A DNA stretch of 64,000 nt from Tubiluchus corallicola (taxonomy: Eukaryota > Animalia > Priapulida), in contig JAQGDQ010000070.1 in the NCBI GenBank assembly GCA_030141605.1, positions 620,001-684,000 on the forward strand, read 5' to 3'. Each line of letters starts with the position of its first letter. Position 1 is the first letter of the stretch. The notes under the pieces were generated by a model. That model had not been told where the DNA came from. It was given only the letters and a program-made list of their open reading frames with translations, and made no database searches. Of the stretch, positions 13,131 to 24,909 are shown piece by piece. The position numbers and the translations under genes are program-made.

Positions 13131-16100
13131 TGTTTGTTTGTTTGTTTGTGTATGTTTCGTCTGCTTATTTATGTATTTGACCATGTGCTTATTTGCTGCT
13201 TGCTTTGTATGCAGTTTAGTGTGACCTGAAAAATTAAAATAAATTAAATGTTGCAAATTTATGCAACTATTGACAGAGAAACAACCTCGCAAGTGCAAAT
13301 ATTTTTAAAAGTTCGATAAGTGAATTTTTTTGCAGGTGGGAGATTCGACCCCACAGCATATGTAAGAGAGAGAAAACGGAAAACAAGACTTGCTCAGCAG
13401 AAAAGGTAGCGTCGCGGAATGATTTTACATTTAACGCAATTTCACAAATTATAAAGCTTCTTTTCTGCCAATTGTATGGCACCTTGCAATGGTTTGTTAA
13501 TTTTGTTATTGAACTAACTGAAGCTAGTTAATAAAATAACAAACTAGTTAATAATAATTATTATTTTAGGTAATAAAATTAGCCCCTTAACTGATTTAAA
13601 AATAAATGGCATATGTAAGAATTTTATGACAATAGCTAAGTCATGACCCTGCATGTATTGTCAATTTGCTGACTGACATTTTGTTGTTTTTTAAACAAAT
13701 TAGGGAATTATATCAACATGCTTGATTACTCGAGTGAGATCAATATAGCTGAAACTTTCAGTGAAAATGGTAATTAAAATTTGAAGAATTTTACTCAGTT
13801 GTATTAAACCTAGTCTTTGCTTTTTCAGAATGCGTTCGCCAGGTTTAGTGTCGGACAGATTTGGAGTTCGCCGCTCGGTCTCTCCTGCTACTTCAACGGG
13901 TGTGGCTAAATCACGATCGTGGTCGGTGCCTACTTTCTCTCGCGGTAGTCCTTCACTGGCTTACAGTAGGACATCAGCTTCACGTTCAGGACAAGGTGGG
14001 TGCGAAAATCCAATTCTGACGCTTTTTCTGCAACCATTGGAGTTGAAAACAAACCCCATAAACCTGTGAAAACCTAGTTTTTTTAATCAGTTTTGATACA
14101 CTGTGAGCTATAATCCAGCACTCAGTGGATCCGTATAATTGCTAGTCATTTTAGCGAGATTGGGCTTATGTCTTTACGAAGAATAATCCTCTAGGAAGCC
14201 ATTGTGCTACTTGTAAAATATTTCAAAAAGTTTAAAGATTTAATACCAGAATGTCGAAGTTTGCAAGGATATTTACAGACACATTAAAATGCTCCAGAAG
14301 GAATGCTCAAATGAATGAGGCTTTACAAAAACTTTTGTACCATGTACTTTCCTCCTCTTCGCGATCTTTCATTTGAGCCGCATTGCTTAGCTTCCATGAG
14401 CGTGATTTAATAAGCCTTTTCACAGTTCCAGCGATTGATTATGATCGTGAAAAGGTCAAAGGTTAAATGTACCAAACAATTAATTTGTGTACACTTTTCA
14501 GCACCTCCCAGTTCAGGCTGTTGTAATAGTAACAGTTTTAACAGCTAGCTATAACCTTACCTAGTTAATTTTTTCTTGTTCCAAAGCAAGATCCTGCTAG
14601 TAAATCACTCTACGCACAGACTAATGCATACTTAAGTAAAGTTCTCGTAAAATAACTGACATTACTCAACTGATGTGACAGACAGCTTTGCTTTACCCAC
14701 ATGTCACATCACGTGTAGTTAAGACTCGTTGCTGTGCTACATTTTACCTTTGACTTACAGCAACTGCGCATGAGCACAGCGAAACTGTGAAAGGGCTTGT
14801 TCTACTCTTCTCGATGTTGGAGTCAATTGATTCTGTGTCTCTCCATAGCTTCAAAGGCTCACTTCTAGCTGTCACATATTGCTCATACACAGGATGCAGA
14901 ATACTGATCTTACATTACAATTGAGACAAGTAAGGCCTGCCATTGGAATATGAAACAACTGATATTAATTAACGAATTGCTACAATTTCTTGTTTTGAAC
15001 CAAGAACATCCCATCTAATCATCTTGCCAACAATTTCAGTTCGAGTGGATAAATAATTTTGGAATTAGGTAATGGATCAGTACTTTTGTAATTGAAAAAT
15101 GTGGAAGGACTGACTGAATGAATGAATTGATAACTTGATTTTTTCCAACTGCTTGACCACCATAACATTCAATAGGGAAATCATTCGATTTTAGTTCAGT
15201 GTGATTCGATAAACACATTTTTTGAGTTTTTATTTGTGTTTGTATGCACAGCTGAAACACATACTAAAAACTGTCTATAATTCCTCACCTTCTGCCTATC
15301 CTTATATGTAGGAGGGTTTGCAGGTGAAATTAGGTTATTTCTTGTTTTAGGATTATGGAGAAGCAGAACCTCATCTATTGGAAGCAGCTGCGGAAGCATA
15401 CGCAGCCAATCGTCTTTTAATTCACTGAAGTAAGACACCTTTACCTTTTCTTTTCTATGTGCAAGATTCTATTAGAATATCTTTCAATCGTTCCATTGAC
15501 CTAGCACTGCTGACTTTCTCCTCAAATGAACCTAGATGACTTTAGCACTTTGCTGGAAGTTATAGCGTTTCATATTTTTGACTAAGCATGGCAGCAAACT
15601 TGTACTTACTTACAATAGTTCCGCCATTTGAGCTCACAAGGACTCTACCAAGTATTTTTCATAATTACTTAAAGGGAAAGAAAGTGAATCTTAAAGTGAA
15701 GTAAAGAGCTTTCCATACAAAGTTATGTTGTTTAGCATTACACTTACTGCTTGCAAGACTTATGTAATTGAAAAAGAAAATTCTTAATAATTTAAAGTGA
15801 CGCCAAATAATTTTATTGATAAAGTAAAGTAATAACGTAATAACGAATTTTATAACGTAAAGTAAGTTATACTTTTGCTTAGTTAATGTGTGCTACAAAT
15901 GCTCTGATTATTTCTTCAAACTTTTTACAAGTTGCCTGAACTTTTTTCTAATGACTTACTATTAAAATGGCTGCTCCTAACTGTCATTGCAGGAGTTTAA
16001 ATTTAGAAGTTTTATACAGTGTTACTGCTAATGTAAGCTCTGTGTGCAACAAGACAGCATGTGAGTGGCATAAGAATTTCAAGACAAATTTTTAAGCTTT

Positions 16101-19100
16101 ATTTATGAAGAATGTTTTCTCGTGCTTTAACTGGAAACATATTAATGTGCACACAAAGATCTGTGTTTTGCTTACAGGAGTTTTCCTGGAACAAGCACAA
16201 GACAATGTGGTTCATCATGTACTGTCACTTCCAGTATGGAAAAATCAGTAAGCAACTACAGTAGAAGATGTTAACTTAGCATATTGCGAGTGCATTCAGG
16301 GCCAGATTAACGCGTAAGCAGACTAAGCAATTGCTTAGGTCACCAAGGCTCAAGCGCCAACAAGCAGGCAAAAAATAAATAAATTGAAAACAGATAATAT
16401 TTTAATAATGTATGTTAAAGACTGTAAAAGTTTTTCACAGTTCAGTATGAGAAATAAAGGGCTATACAGGAGACTGGGAGCGACGGGGCTATCTTTCGAG
16501 GATATGATAAAGGACTTTGCTTTAAAATATAAAATCCAAAAATCTACAAAGAAAACTTTGTAAGGACCTCTTAAGAATCATGAACTGATTTTGTTAACAA
16601 CAAATTTTGGTGAACGCATAACTGCTGCTTGCTCTGTACAGGCTACATTTTTCTTTCAAATAAATTAATTTGATTAAAATTTCAGTTTTATATCAATAAG
16701 GAATTAAAGTGGCATAGATCCTATATAGAGCAATACAGTTTGTTTTATATGCAATGTTGCATAATTTGTAGTACACAATATGTATGTTCTGAGTAGCAAA
16801 ACGTGCACGTGATGATGTACTGCAAAGGCGCTCGAGCCGGGACACCAAATGCTGGTAGTGCTTAGGGCAATAACTCACCTTAATCCGGCCCTGCGTGCAT
16901 TGAATTTCAAGGTGGATTTGCATTTGTACATTTCTTGCAGAGCTGTACAAAATAAATCATGCAAGCTGCATAGCCAATTTATTAATTGATCTAACTGCAA
17001 TTTTTGCACTAAATTAAAAATCCACTGATGATTTGTATAATTTTTATTCTTTGTTAATTCTATCTCAAAGACTGTTTTGCTCTTCTGCTTACACTGACCA
17101 GTCTTGCTACGGGGTAGCCTGCTTTCATTATGCTTTGCTTATACTAATCTGAATGCAATGTTTGTTCCAGGGACGCTTGACCAGAAATAAACACCCCGAT
17201 GATGGCTATAATTTATATCCTTTTAAAGTTGCAATTCTTACATTCGTTAACGTAACTAGTAAATGCAGGCCTTTAATTGTAGTTTCAAGTTCGTTTAACC
17301 CATGGCAGCCAAACTTGGTGCATGTAGGCTCTAACAAGGGGGTAGAATAGTTCAGTGTTGACTACTGGCTTTTAACATGTAACTTGTTACTGTATGTATA
17401 ATTGTTTTATTCTGTAACTAGTCACAACGTGCCGTAACATTTGACAGTGTGCCATAATAATGCTCAGTTATGCATGCATGTATATGAATATGGTGCAAGT
17501 CTATGTGTAATACTCTTCAGCATTAGGTCATAGACCATGGAGTCCAGTAGAATAATACAGTGTAATTTGATAATCCTCCAGCAGATATTATATATTACAA
17601 TAAAAATTTATAAAAGATCAAATGATTTGCAAATTTGATGTCCAGGGTCACATTTAAGAACACAGCTTGCAAAAACTACATCTGCATTAACATCATCTAG
17701 TTTATACTACAATGACAAACAAAATAGCTCATGTAAAAAGCCAAAGCATGGTTAGGTATCTAATTACTTTAGCAGTAGTTTTGGCATGCTATTGGCTGAT
17801 TGGAAATTTAGAATTACTTTCTCCCATAGTTTGTAACTTTTAGCCATCACACATGCTATAAACATTAAATATTGATTAGTGGCAATTACGTTTGTTTGCA
17901 AAAGAAATGTGTTAGATTCTTAATTCTTCTCACAGCTTCGCAAACCTCAAGAAATCGTCTTCAAGACTCGCTCAGATCATCAAAAGGTGAAATTTATTTA
18001 TCATCCGTCAGTAAAATTTGCAGGGATGCTAAAGAGATTGTAGATAAATACAAAATAAATTTTAAATTGAATTTACGAAAAAATAAAGCTCCCTGTTAGG
18101 ATGGAACACAGAAAATGAAGTGGATATATCAGGGTACTTCTACACTTTAATCTAACAGCCTGATGTGTATCAGTCTTGAATAACTTAAATAACTCAGCTA
18201 TAATCTACAGTGGTCTCCTGTTTGACCTGAGTACACCCTACCACAGTCCCAGTTGGTTCAACAATATGGTGTTGTGGATGTTTATTGTGTTGCCTCCAGT
18301 CTACACTGTGCACGTTAAAATAAATAATAAGCCTTTTCATAATAATAATAAGCAGTTTCGTTATGTGCATGCACAATAGCTGTAGGTCAAAGGTTAACTG
18401 AACCAGCGAGTCTTACTAAACTACAACTTATGCATGGATGACCTCATACACGTTGTTATTTTTTATATATAACGCTACACGTGTATAGTTCTAAGCTAAC
18501 ATGTTATTCTTATCCGGAAACAGCTAGCAAAATAGCAACAGCAATCCATGCAAAATGAAATAATTGAAACGAAAATTAACGCCACGAACTGTTAACTATT
18601 ACAGCAGCATGGACCTGGAGACGTTGTCAAGTCTAAATAAATGCATTGTTTGGTTCAGATAATGTTGTTAGGAGCACTTAACCTATGACCTTTTTACGGT
18701 CATCATCAATGGCTGGAACTGTGAAAGAGCTTATTGTTGTAAACTACTTAGGGGCTTATGGTACAAGAAATGTAGTAAATATAGTATTACTTTATTCCAT
18801 TTATCAGCTGACACTCTGTCTTATAAATTGACTATTTTAAACCCCAAGTGGGGGCATAGCCAAGTTTCCACCAGTAACATCTCTTACCAGAAAACAAATA
18901 AGTTGGCCAAGCACAGTTTTGAGCTTGTGTCAACCAAAATTCAAACTAAGACAGTTAAACTTTACTAAACAAAGAGGTTATACCATGTATCTGTACCACA
19001 ATACCAATGACTTTCTGTTCTCTTTTTACAGGAAGTGTTAAAAAAGTCGGTAGGGGACGACACGTTGACCTGGATGATTCGGCAGAATTAGAGCAGTTCG

Positions 19101-19156
19101 ATAAACGCCTGAAAACACTGCAGGCTTATATAAACGAACACCTTGCTTCACTTTGA
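5965..19156 (+). CDS. CCDC61: Coiled-coil domain-containing protein 61 (centriolar SAS6 paralog, VFL3), multi-exon
   Basis: Phase-compatible GT-AG exons: 5965-6115, 6408-6490 (IEDLSHKTGNFKQFNIFVNMLESAL), 7262-7413 (SVTLDLLTYGDLESLR...KRFLIMTYTVEFDR), 8319-8421 (IHYPLPL), 9035-9072, 9560-9627, 10318-10457, 11617-11741 (ARERTLQIRLKNLTADLAQYRRG), 12400-12485, 13336-13405 (RFDPTAYV), 13829-13995, 15351-15429, 16178-16247, 17171-~17258 (uncertain donor), 17936-17986, 19032-19156 (AELEQFDKRLKTLQAYI, stop). Motifs match CCDC61. AATAAA at 19240. Confidence 0.92.
12897..13220. repeat. ~90-bp unit in three copies (one inverted, two direct) separated by (AT)n tracts, in a CCDC61 intron
   Basis: 12897-12981 is the reverse complement of the units at 13010-13100 and 13128-13220. 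(AT)n at ~12982-13009 and ~13099-13127. Confidence 0.9.
14408..14800 (+). mobile_element. MITE family A, copy 1 (TIR aataagccttttcacagtt)
   Basis: Left end taataagccttttcacagtt, right end aactgtgaaagggcttgtt. The interior matches 18325-18735 (inverted) and 63721-63853. Confidence 0.75.
16297..16893. mobile_element. hAT-type non-autonomous element (MITE)
   Basis: TIRs cagggccagattaa / ttaatccggccctg. Flanking 8-bp TSD agtgcatt / cgtgcatt (7/8). Confidence 0.85.
18325..18735 (-). mobile_element. MITE family A, copy 2 (inverted relative to copy 1)
   Basis: 18590-18735 is the reverse complement of the 14408-14540 end. 18325-18400 corresponds to the 14740-14800 end. Confidence 0.7.
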
Positions 19157-19482
19157 GATTAATTCCGTACATGATGTAAGTTACTGCCATTGACACTGCC
19201 AATGTTTCAACTTTTTTGTTAAATTCATCATTTTTGTGTAATAAACTTCATGTGCACCAAAAAGTTGTACATAAAAGTTGACATAAAAAGATTTTTTGTC
19301 AGAGAAGGTATTAACATTGCCTTTAACTTATTAATCAGGGTGTGGCTTGTAACATGCATGTAAACAATGTTAGAAATTAGAAGCACCTAAGTGTCTCCCA
19401 AGTAGTATTTAATGAATTTAAATGATCTTAAACCCTAAATGGTAATTATTTTGGAAGCAGTTTTTGCAGGCACCCTGATTAG

Positions 19483-19664
19483 AAAATTTTGGAAAAGTTT
19501 ACAATACCTCACACAATTTAAATACCCTATCCTAACCCCAACCCTAACCTTAACCCCCAACCTAATCCACTTCATGAGTAAATACCCTAATCTAACCCCA
19601 ACCTAATCCGCTTCACGAACAAATTTCTTGTCTGTGAGGAACTGTAAACTTTAGCCAGAATTTT
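19483..19664. mobile_element. ~180-bp MITE with internal telomere-like CCTAAC repeats
   Basis: Inverted ends aaaattttggaaaagtttacaatacctcaca / tgtgaggaactgtaaactttagccagaatttt. The interior has cctaacc/ccctaa arrays and a duplicated ~37-bp unit. Confidence 0.65.
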
Positions 19665-21874
19665 TAAATACGAATATGAACGTATGGTATATTAGTGAGA
19701 TAATTTCCATAAATAAATGCATGTACGTTGAAAGTTTTAGATTTCTTGTTACAAAATTTGCAAAAGTTTTGTTGAAATTCTATTAAGTTTTGGTTTTTCA
19801 GTATTTGACACCATAATAAATGTGATTAATTCTGATCTATTTATACCTTTGTTATCCTTCTTAGTATTCACTGAAAACTTTACACTTCCTAAGGGCTATT
19901 ATATTAGTATGTGCAATTACAGTACAACGTAGTGAAATGTAGCTTGTAGGTTTACATTTATTAATTAGCTATGCATGCAACTTACACCAGCAGTTCTAAT
20001 GACTTTGAATGCTTCTCAATGCATCTGGCATTTATTTCTAAATAAACATGTCAAACTACACTGCCAGTAGCTGTAGGCGGCTGAAGCCTGAAAGTTCATT
20101 ATCCGGAAAGTTCATTATCCGGACATTTCCATAATTTCCCAAATGCACAGAATTTTTTGTGTAATTTTGCAGTGTCTAGATTCAAATGCCCACATCACAT
20201 GGATGTTATTGCTAGCAGGCGGGAAGCTCGCATCATAGAAAGATATGCTGGTAGTTATAAATGACATTACACTAACTATAAATACTACAATGGCATTCAC
20301 AAATATTGTTCACAGTGTAAGTGGTTTCATCTTTATTGTTATAGGAAAACATTGTGCACAGCACATATTTCAGTTCATTTTGTTAAATAAAACAATATGT
20401 AGTGTACACTCTCAACTCCATGTGGAGTGTATTTCAGGTTATTAAAATATGCTTCCAAGCAACTTGAAAATTTAGACTTATATTATATCTGTGCTATAAA
20501 TGAATTTGGCTAATGTTGCCACCATGATACTATTCTTGGATGATGAGAGCTTTGAGGAAACTGGTGAAGGTGAGTTGATGATTTAAGCTAGCTAATAAGC
20601 TGAACAGTTTTGAAAAGAAATGTGGAAACTAAAGTTACACCTGGCATCATTTCTCTAAACACACATCTAAATACCTGTCAAGTAGAATATGTCACAAATT
20701 TATCAGTAGTTGCTTGGAAAGCTAAAATAAATGAGCATATTATTGACTTTTAGCATAAAAACTCTGTAGTCAGTTATCTATCATAGACTGAACATTCTTT
20801 ATGTAATGTATTGAACACATTACTGGGTTTGCACAAGCCTTGTTTACTCCCAAAGTATTGTTGATATCAATAGGTGTTAAGTGCTAAGCATTATGGTCAA
20901 AAATTTCATTCAGAAGGCTAATATGTCATATGAAGAGTAAGAAAACTGGGTAGTTTAAAGCCTACGTAACCCCAACAGACACTGAAGTTTTTTAGTGCAT
21001 TGTTATGATTACACAAAGAATTCATAGATATTTTTTACACAAAAAATTCTTAAAAATGAAATAATTTACCTTTCTTCTGGCAAATTTCGATCTCGTGCAT
21101 TGCAACAAAAATTGCCATGTTTAGTGTCTTTGGTGCGAGTGAACGGGAATGACGTACGTAGTCGCTGAAAGCGTCTTTGGTTACTGATATTTCTTATTGT
21201 CTTCGGTGACCTCTTAACGGTACTCGTTATATCATTCGTGTCGCTCAACGAAAAATGGCGGCTTTTCAAATTTAATACCACTAGTAACGAAGTGATAAAA
21301 AATCAAAAGAAACAAGTTTTACAGCAAGTTCATAATAAAATAAATTGAATATTCATAATGAAAGTAGGATTTTAGTTTGTAAAAGCTTACATTATATTGA
21401 TAACTTGTCTAAACAAGCATTTGCAAGATAGACTTGTGCACAAATGTTTACCATGCCTTAACTTATCTCTTTTAGCCATATTACGACATTAATCATAGTA
21501 CAGATTCGGTTGATAGAAAACTTCTTTGGGTATCTTTGTCATACAGCTCTCCCTTAAAAAAATTTTAAAAAGTCTTATCATTCCACTAAGTTGGGAAATG
21601 GGCAAATGTGGACATAGATGCTTGTTGTACAAGTCCAAAATCTCACCTAAGATAGAATTTCACAAATAATCTATTTTCACATTAATCGCAATCACATCAC
21701 ATAAAATAGTTACAATCAATTGGGCATATCGTTGACTATAATCATGATTAGGCATTCCAAATTCACATCACAGTTTACTGATTGGTAGCTAAGTGACAAA
21801 TTATTTATTATAATTAAATAATGTACTATTATCTACAGTGTGTTCAGCGCTATCATTTTCTACACAGGGCTTCG

Positions 21875-23146
21875 TTACCGATGCTTGTCTTTTTTACTGT
21901 CTTTAGTCACTATAAATTTCACTTCTTTATCATAAACTGTCCTAGATGCATCTAGTTGACTCACGAGTCGATTCATCTCGCGCAGCTTCGTGTCCTGTTC
22001 CGCAACCGTCATTACCAGATCATCAATTTTTTCTTTTAGCTCATCTAGTTTGTCATTCTGCATGTCTTCTTTCCTTTGTTCTTTTGACGAAGAACGCCAG
22101 TATTCGAGATACAAACAGCCAGCAGCAACACTAAAGATGACAAGTTCACCAAGTATCTCTGCACCTTGTTCCACGGCCATGCTCTCACTTAGTCTCTCAA
22201 TCTTAGTAGGAACGAGATCTAGAAACCTCATTTTCAACTGTGTATCTGCCCAATGGTACACTGAAATATGCAAATTTTAATTATTACACAGCCACTTTCA
22301 GAAAAAAAATCTTTATAGTGATAGATGCATGTATGTACTTGCAAAAGTAGTCAAAATATTATCAATGGAACATGCATGATATTTTTTACTAGATTAGTAA
22401 ATCCATCTTTTATATAGGGCACAGACACATTTCTCTTTAACAGTACATTTAACAGCTCTCTTTAACCGTGAGCGCCAAAAGCGGGTGCCAGAGAGGGGTC
22501 TGGGGAAAATTTGGACCAGTTGCCTGCAATCTGAGCACATCTGAGTCCAAAATAAGATAATACCAATCAGTCCTTCAATTTCGAGAAGTTCGCCAGACTG
22601 ACTTTCCTCAATCTGAGATCTCTTTAATTTGCACATCGATTTTATGTGTCACAATGAAGTGAAACGAATATGAATTTCTCTTGCATTACATACACTTACA
22701 GATTGAATGAAGATGAAAATTTCTTTCTTTCAGCCCTATACAGGGTGTTCATGGACTCGCCCAAAACAGTAACAAAGTAACTATTTCAATTCCAGCGAAT
22801 GGACAGTCAACTTCACTCTCAGTCAGTCATTCTCGGCTTCCTCGAGGATGGCGGGGATTCCAAGACAATGAAAGGTAAAAAAGAATGTCCAAAATGAGGA
22901 GAAAAAGTACAAGAGAAGACTCATACTATACAGTTAGACTATACAACAAGTCAATGAAATGCCACACTTAATATGCCAAAAAAATGGGTACATAAAGAAC
23001 TCTAAACACTTACATTGAGCCGGAGGCATGCAGACGTAATTACGAAACAATGGACTTGATTTGGCTCTTCTCTTGATGGCACTGGCTAATGGCTTGCTTA
23101 ACTGTCGAATAGCCATGTAGGCTAGCTTTGCCATAGGGAATACCAT
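21875..23146 (-). CDS. OPA3: Optic atrophy 3 protein homolog, two coding exons
   Basis: Exon 1 23146-23014 ([44 protein letters not shown]), phase-1 GT-AG intron, exon 2 22260-21875 ([14 protein letters not shown]...[28 protein letters not shown], then a coiled coil). A 5'-UTR intron at ~23190-23854 is likely. Confidence 0.95.
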
Positions 23147-24154
23147 GACGAGAATGTGCGGCACAAAGACTGTTTATAGAAACAACATCCTATAAAAAAT
23201 GATTAATTATCTTTAACAAGAAGTTATTTTTGAAATGGGAGATACTATAATACGAAACATTATAATTTGATTATTTTCTTGTAATTAGTAGCATTTATAG
23301 GCTCACTAAAACAGACTAACTCAGACTGGCTAATCAAGTAAGTGACTGTTTCATTAATGACTGACTAATTCATTAATTAAAGCTCCTACTCATTAATAAA
23401 TAACTCACTCACTCAGGACTGTTTGGATTGACTGCCTCATACATTCACCGACTCATTAAAGGACTAACTACTAAATGAATCGATGACTTAATGACAAGCT
23501 GAGGAATTGACTGACTGATGCAATCAGTAAATGGAATACATAGCTACATTGATTGAGTGTGCAATACGACCTTTTTGCCAAGAAACTTGGCCAAATACAC
23601 ATCACATTTTCTTTTTTACAAATCTTGCTGCAGCCACATCCTCCAAAGAAGCTTTACTTATTTCGTCGCACATCTTCTTCGGAATGGTTAAAGTATTTAG
23701 AGCTAAAGTACGCAAATTTAAAGGAAACAAAAAAGAATCACAAATTACTTCGAATCATACTTCATAGACATAGAACAGATATAGAATATCCAATAAAAAA
23801 AACTCGGCAAATAAAAATATCAGAAGAGTAAAAATTTTCCTGTTCAAAACTTACAGCAAGTTAGCAAATTCAAATTTTAGAAGTAAAAACGAAAACATTA
23901 TTTTTTGTTATTGAAAGTTATGACAAGGTTTTAACAACGGGCGCAGACATGTTACAAGACGTCACACCACTATCGGCTAACTCTTAATGGCTAAAAGGGT
24001 TGATGCCAAAGAAGTGAAACAATAAGCACTACTACACCGATAAGTGGCGCTTTCAATTCGATAATAAATGATAAATCATGATAACTGTGGTAGGACCATT
24101 CGTGTTGTGACATCTGTTTATACATTTCCTCACTTGCTCATTATGGGCTTATGC

Positions 24155-24880
24155 ATTCATTCATCCATTTACTCACTTATTCCAGTTTATTCATTTAAAT
24201 GTGTTAGCTTGTTTGCTCTTTTGTTCATTTATTTGTTCCTCCATTTATTCATTCACTTATTCACTCATTCATTCGCTCACTCACTCATTCATTTATTCAA
24301 TGATTTCTTTAATTATGATACAAATTTAACTCTTAATGGAAGGTATTAATAGTGAGCCATGGAAAAATCCCACAACTGATATTAAGAAATGATTATATTT
24401 TTGCCTTGAAAAAATGTTTTGTTTGTGCACATATTAAAGTATGCCTCTCTATGGTGGATGGCAAGGCATTCCAAATTTAAGGATGTTGAAATATTAAATA
24501 GAAATTATTTAAACAATCAGTTCTGCAATATTCTACATAATAATTTTAAGTTGTGAGCTCTAGTAACAGTAGGTGCTATGTGGAAGAAATTGTCTATAAT
24601 TATCATTTCCCTGATGAATAATTTCATAACACGTGCATATAGCAAGGTCGTAATTGCGCAATTGTAATGGTTTTAGCATTTTCAGCCTCTCGGGACACGA
24701 GGCATTATCAAAACCGAGATTTATGAAAAAGTATCGAATGAAGTATCTCTGCAACTTTTCTAAGAGGTCAACGCAGGTCAGTGTTTCTTCAAGTATCGGT
24801 CTTTTGTATATCCTCAACAACATCAAGTATCATTTAGCATGGTGATTTGAAAACGGAAACCATAAAATTTGAATTTAAAC
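24155..24880 (-). mobile_element. Decayed CR1/L2-type LINE 3' fragment with polyA signal and (TGAA)n tail
   Basis: Peptide LLRIYKRPILE...VDLLEKLQRYFIR...SCPERLKML...DL..CYEII (24826-24560) matches the post-RT C-terminal region of CR1/L2-like ORF2. Minus-strand AATAAA at 24297-24292 is followed by degenerate TGAA/TGAG repeats. Confidence 0.7.
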
Positions 24881-24909
24881 AAATTTCCAGTTTCATGCAT
24901 CAACCGCTA

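Noticed and set aside
12753-13298. Several ORFs (158, 84 and 66 aa) with IYIYIY tracts
   Set aside because: They arise from the (AT)n and inverted-repeat structure and are not plausible proteins.
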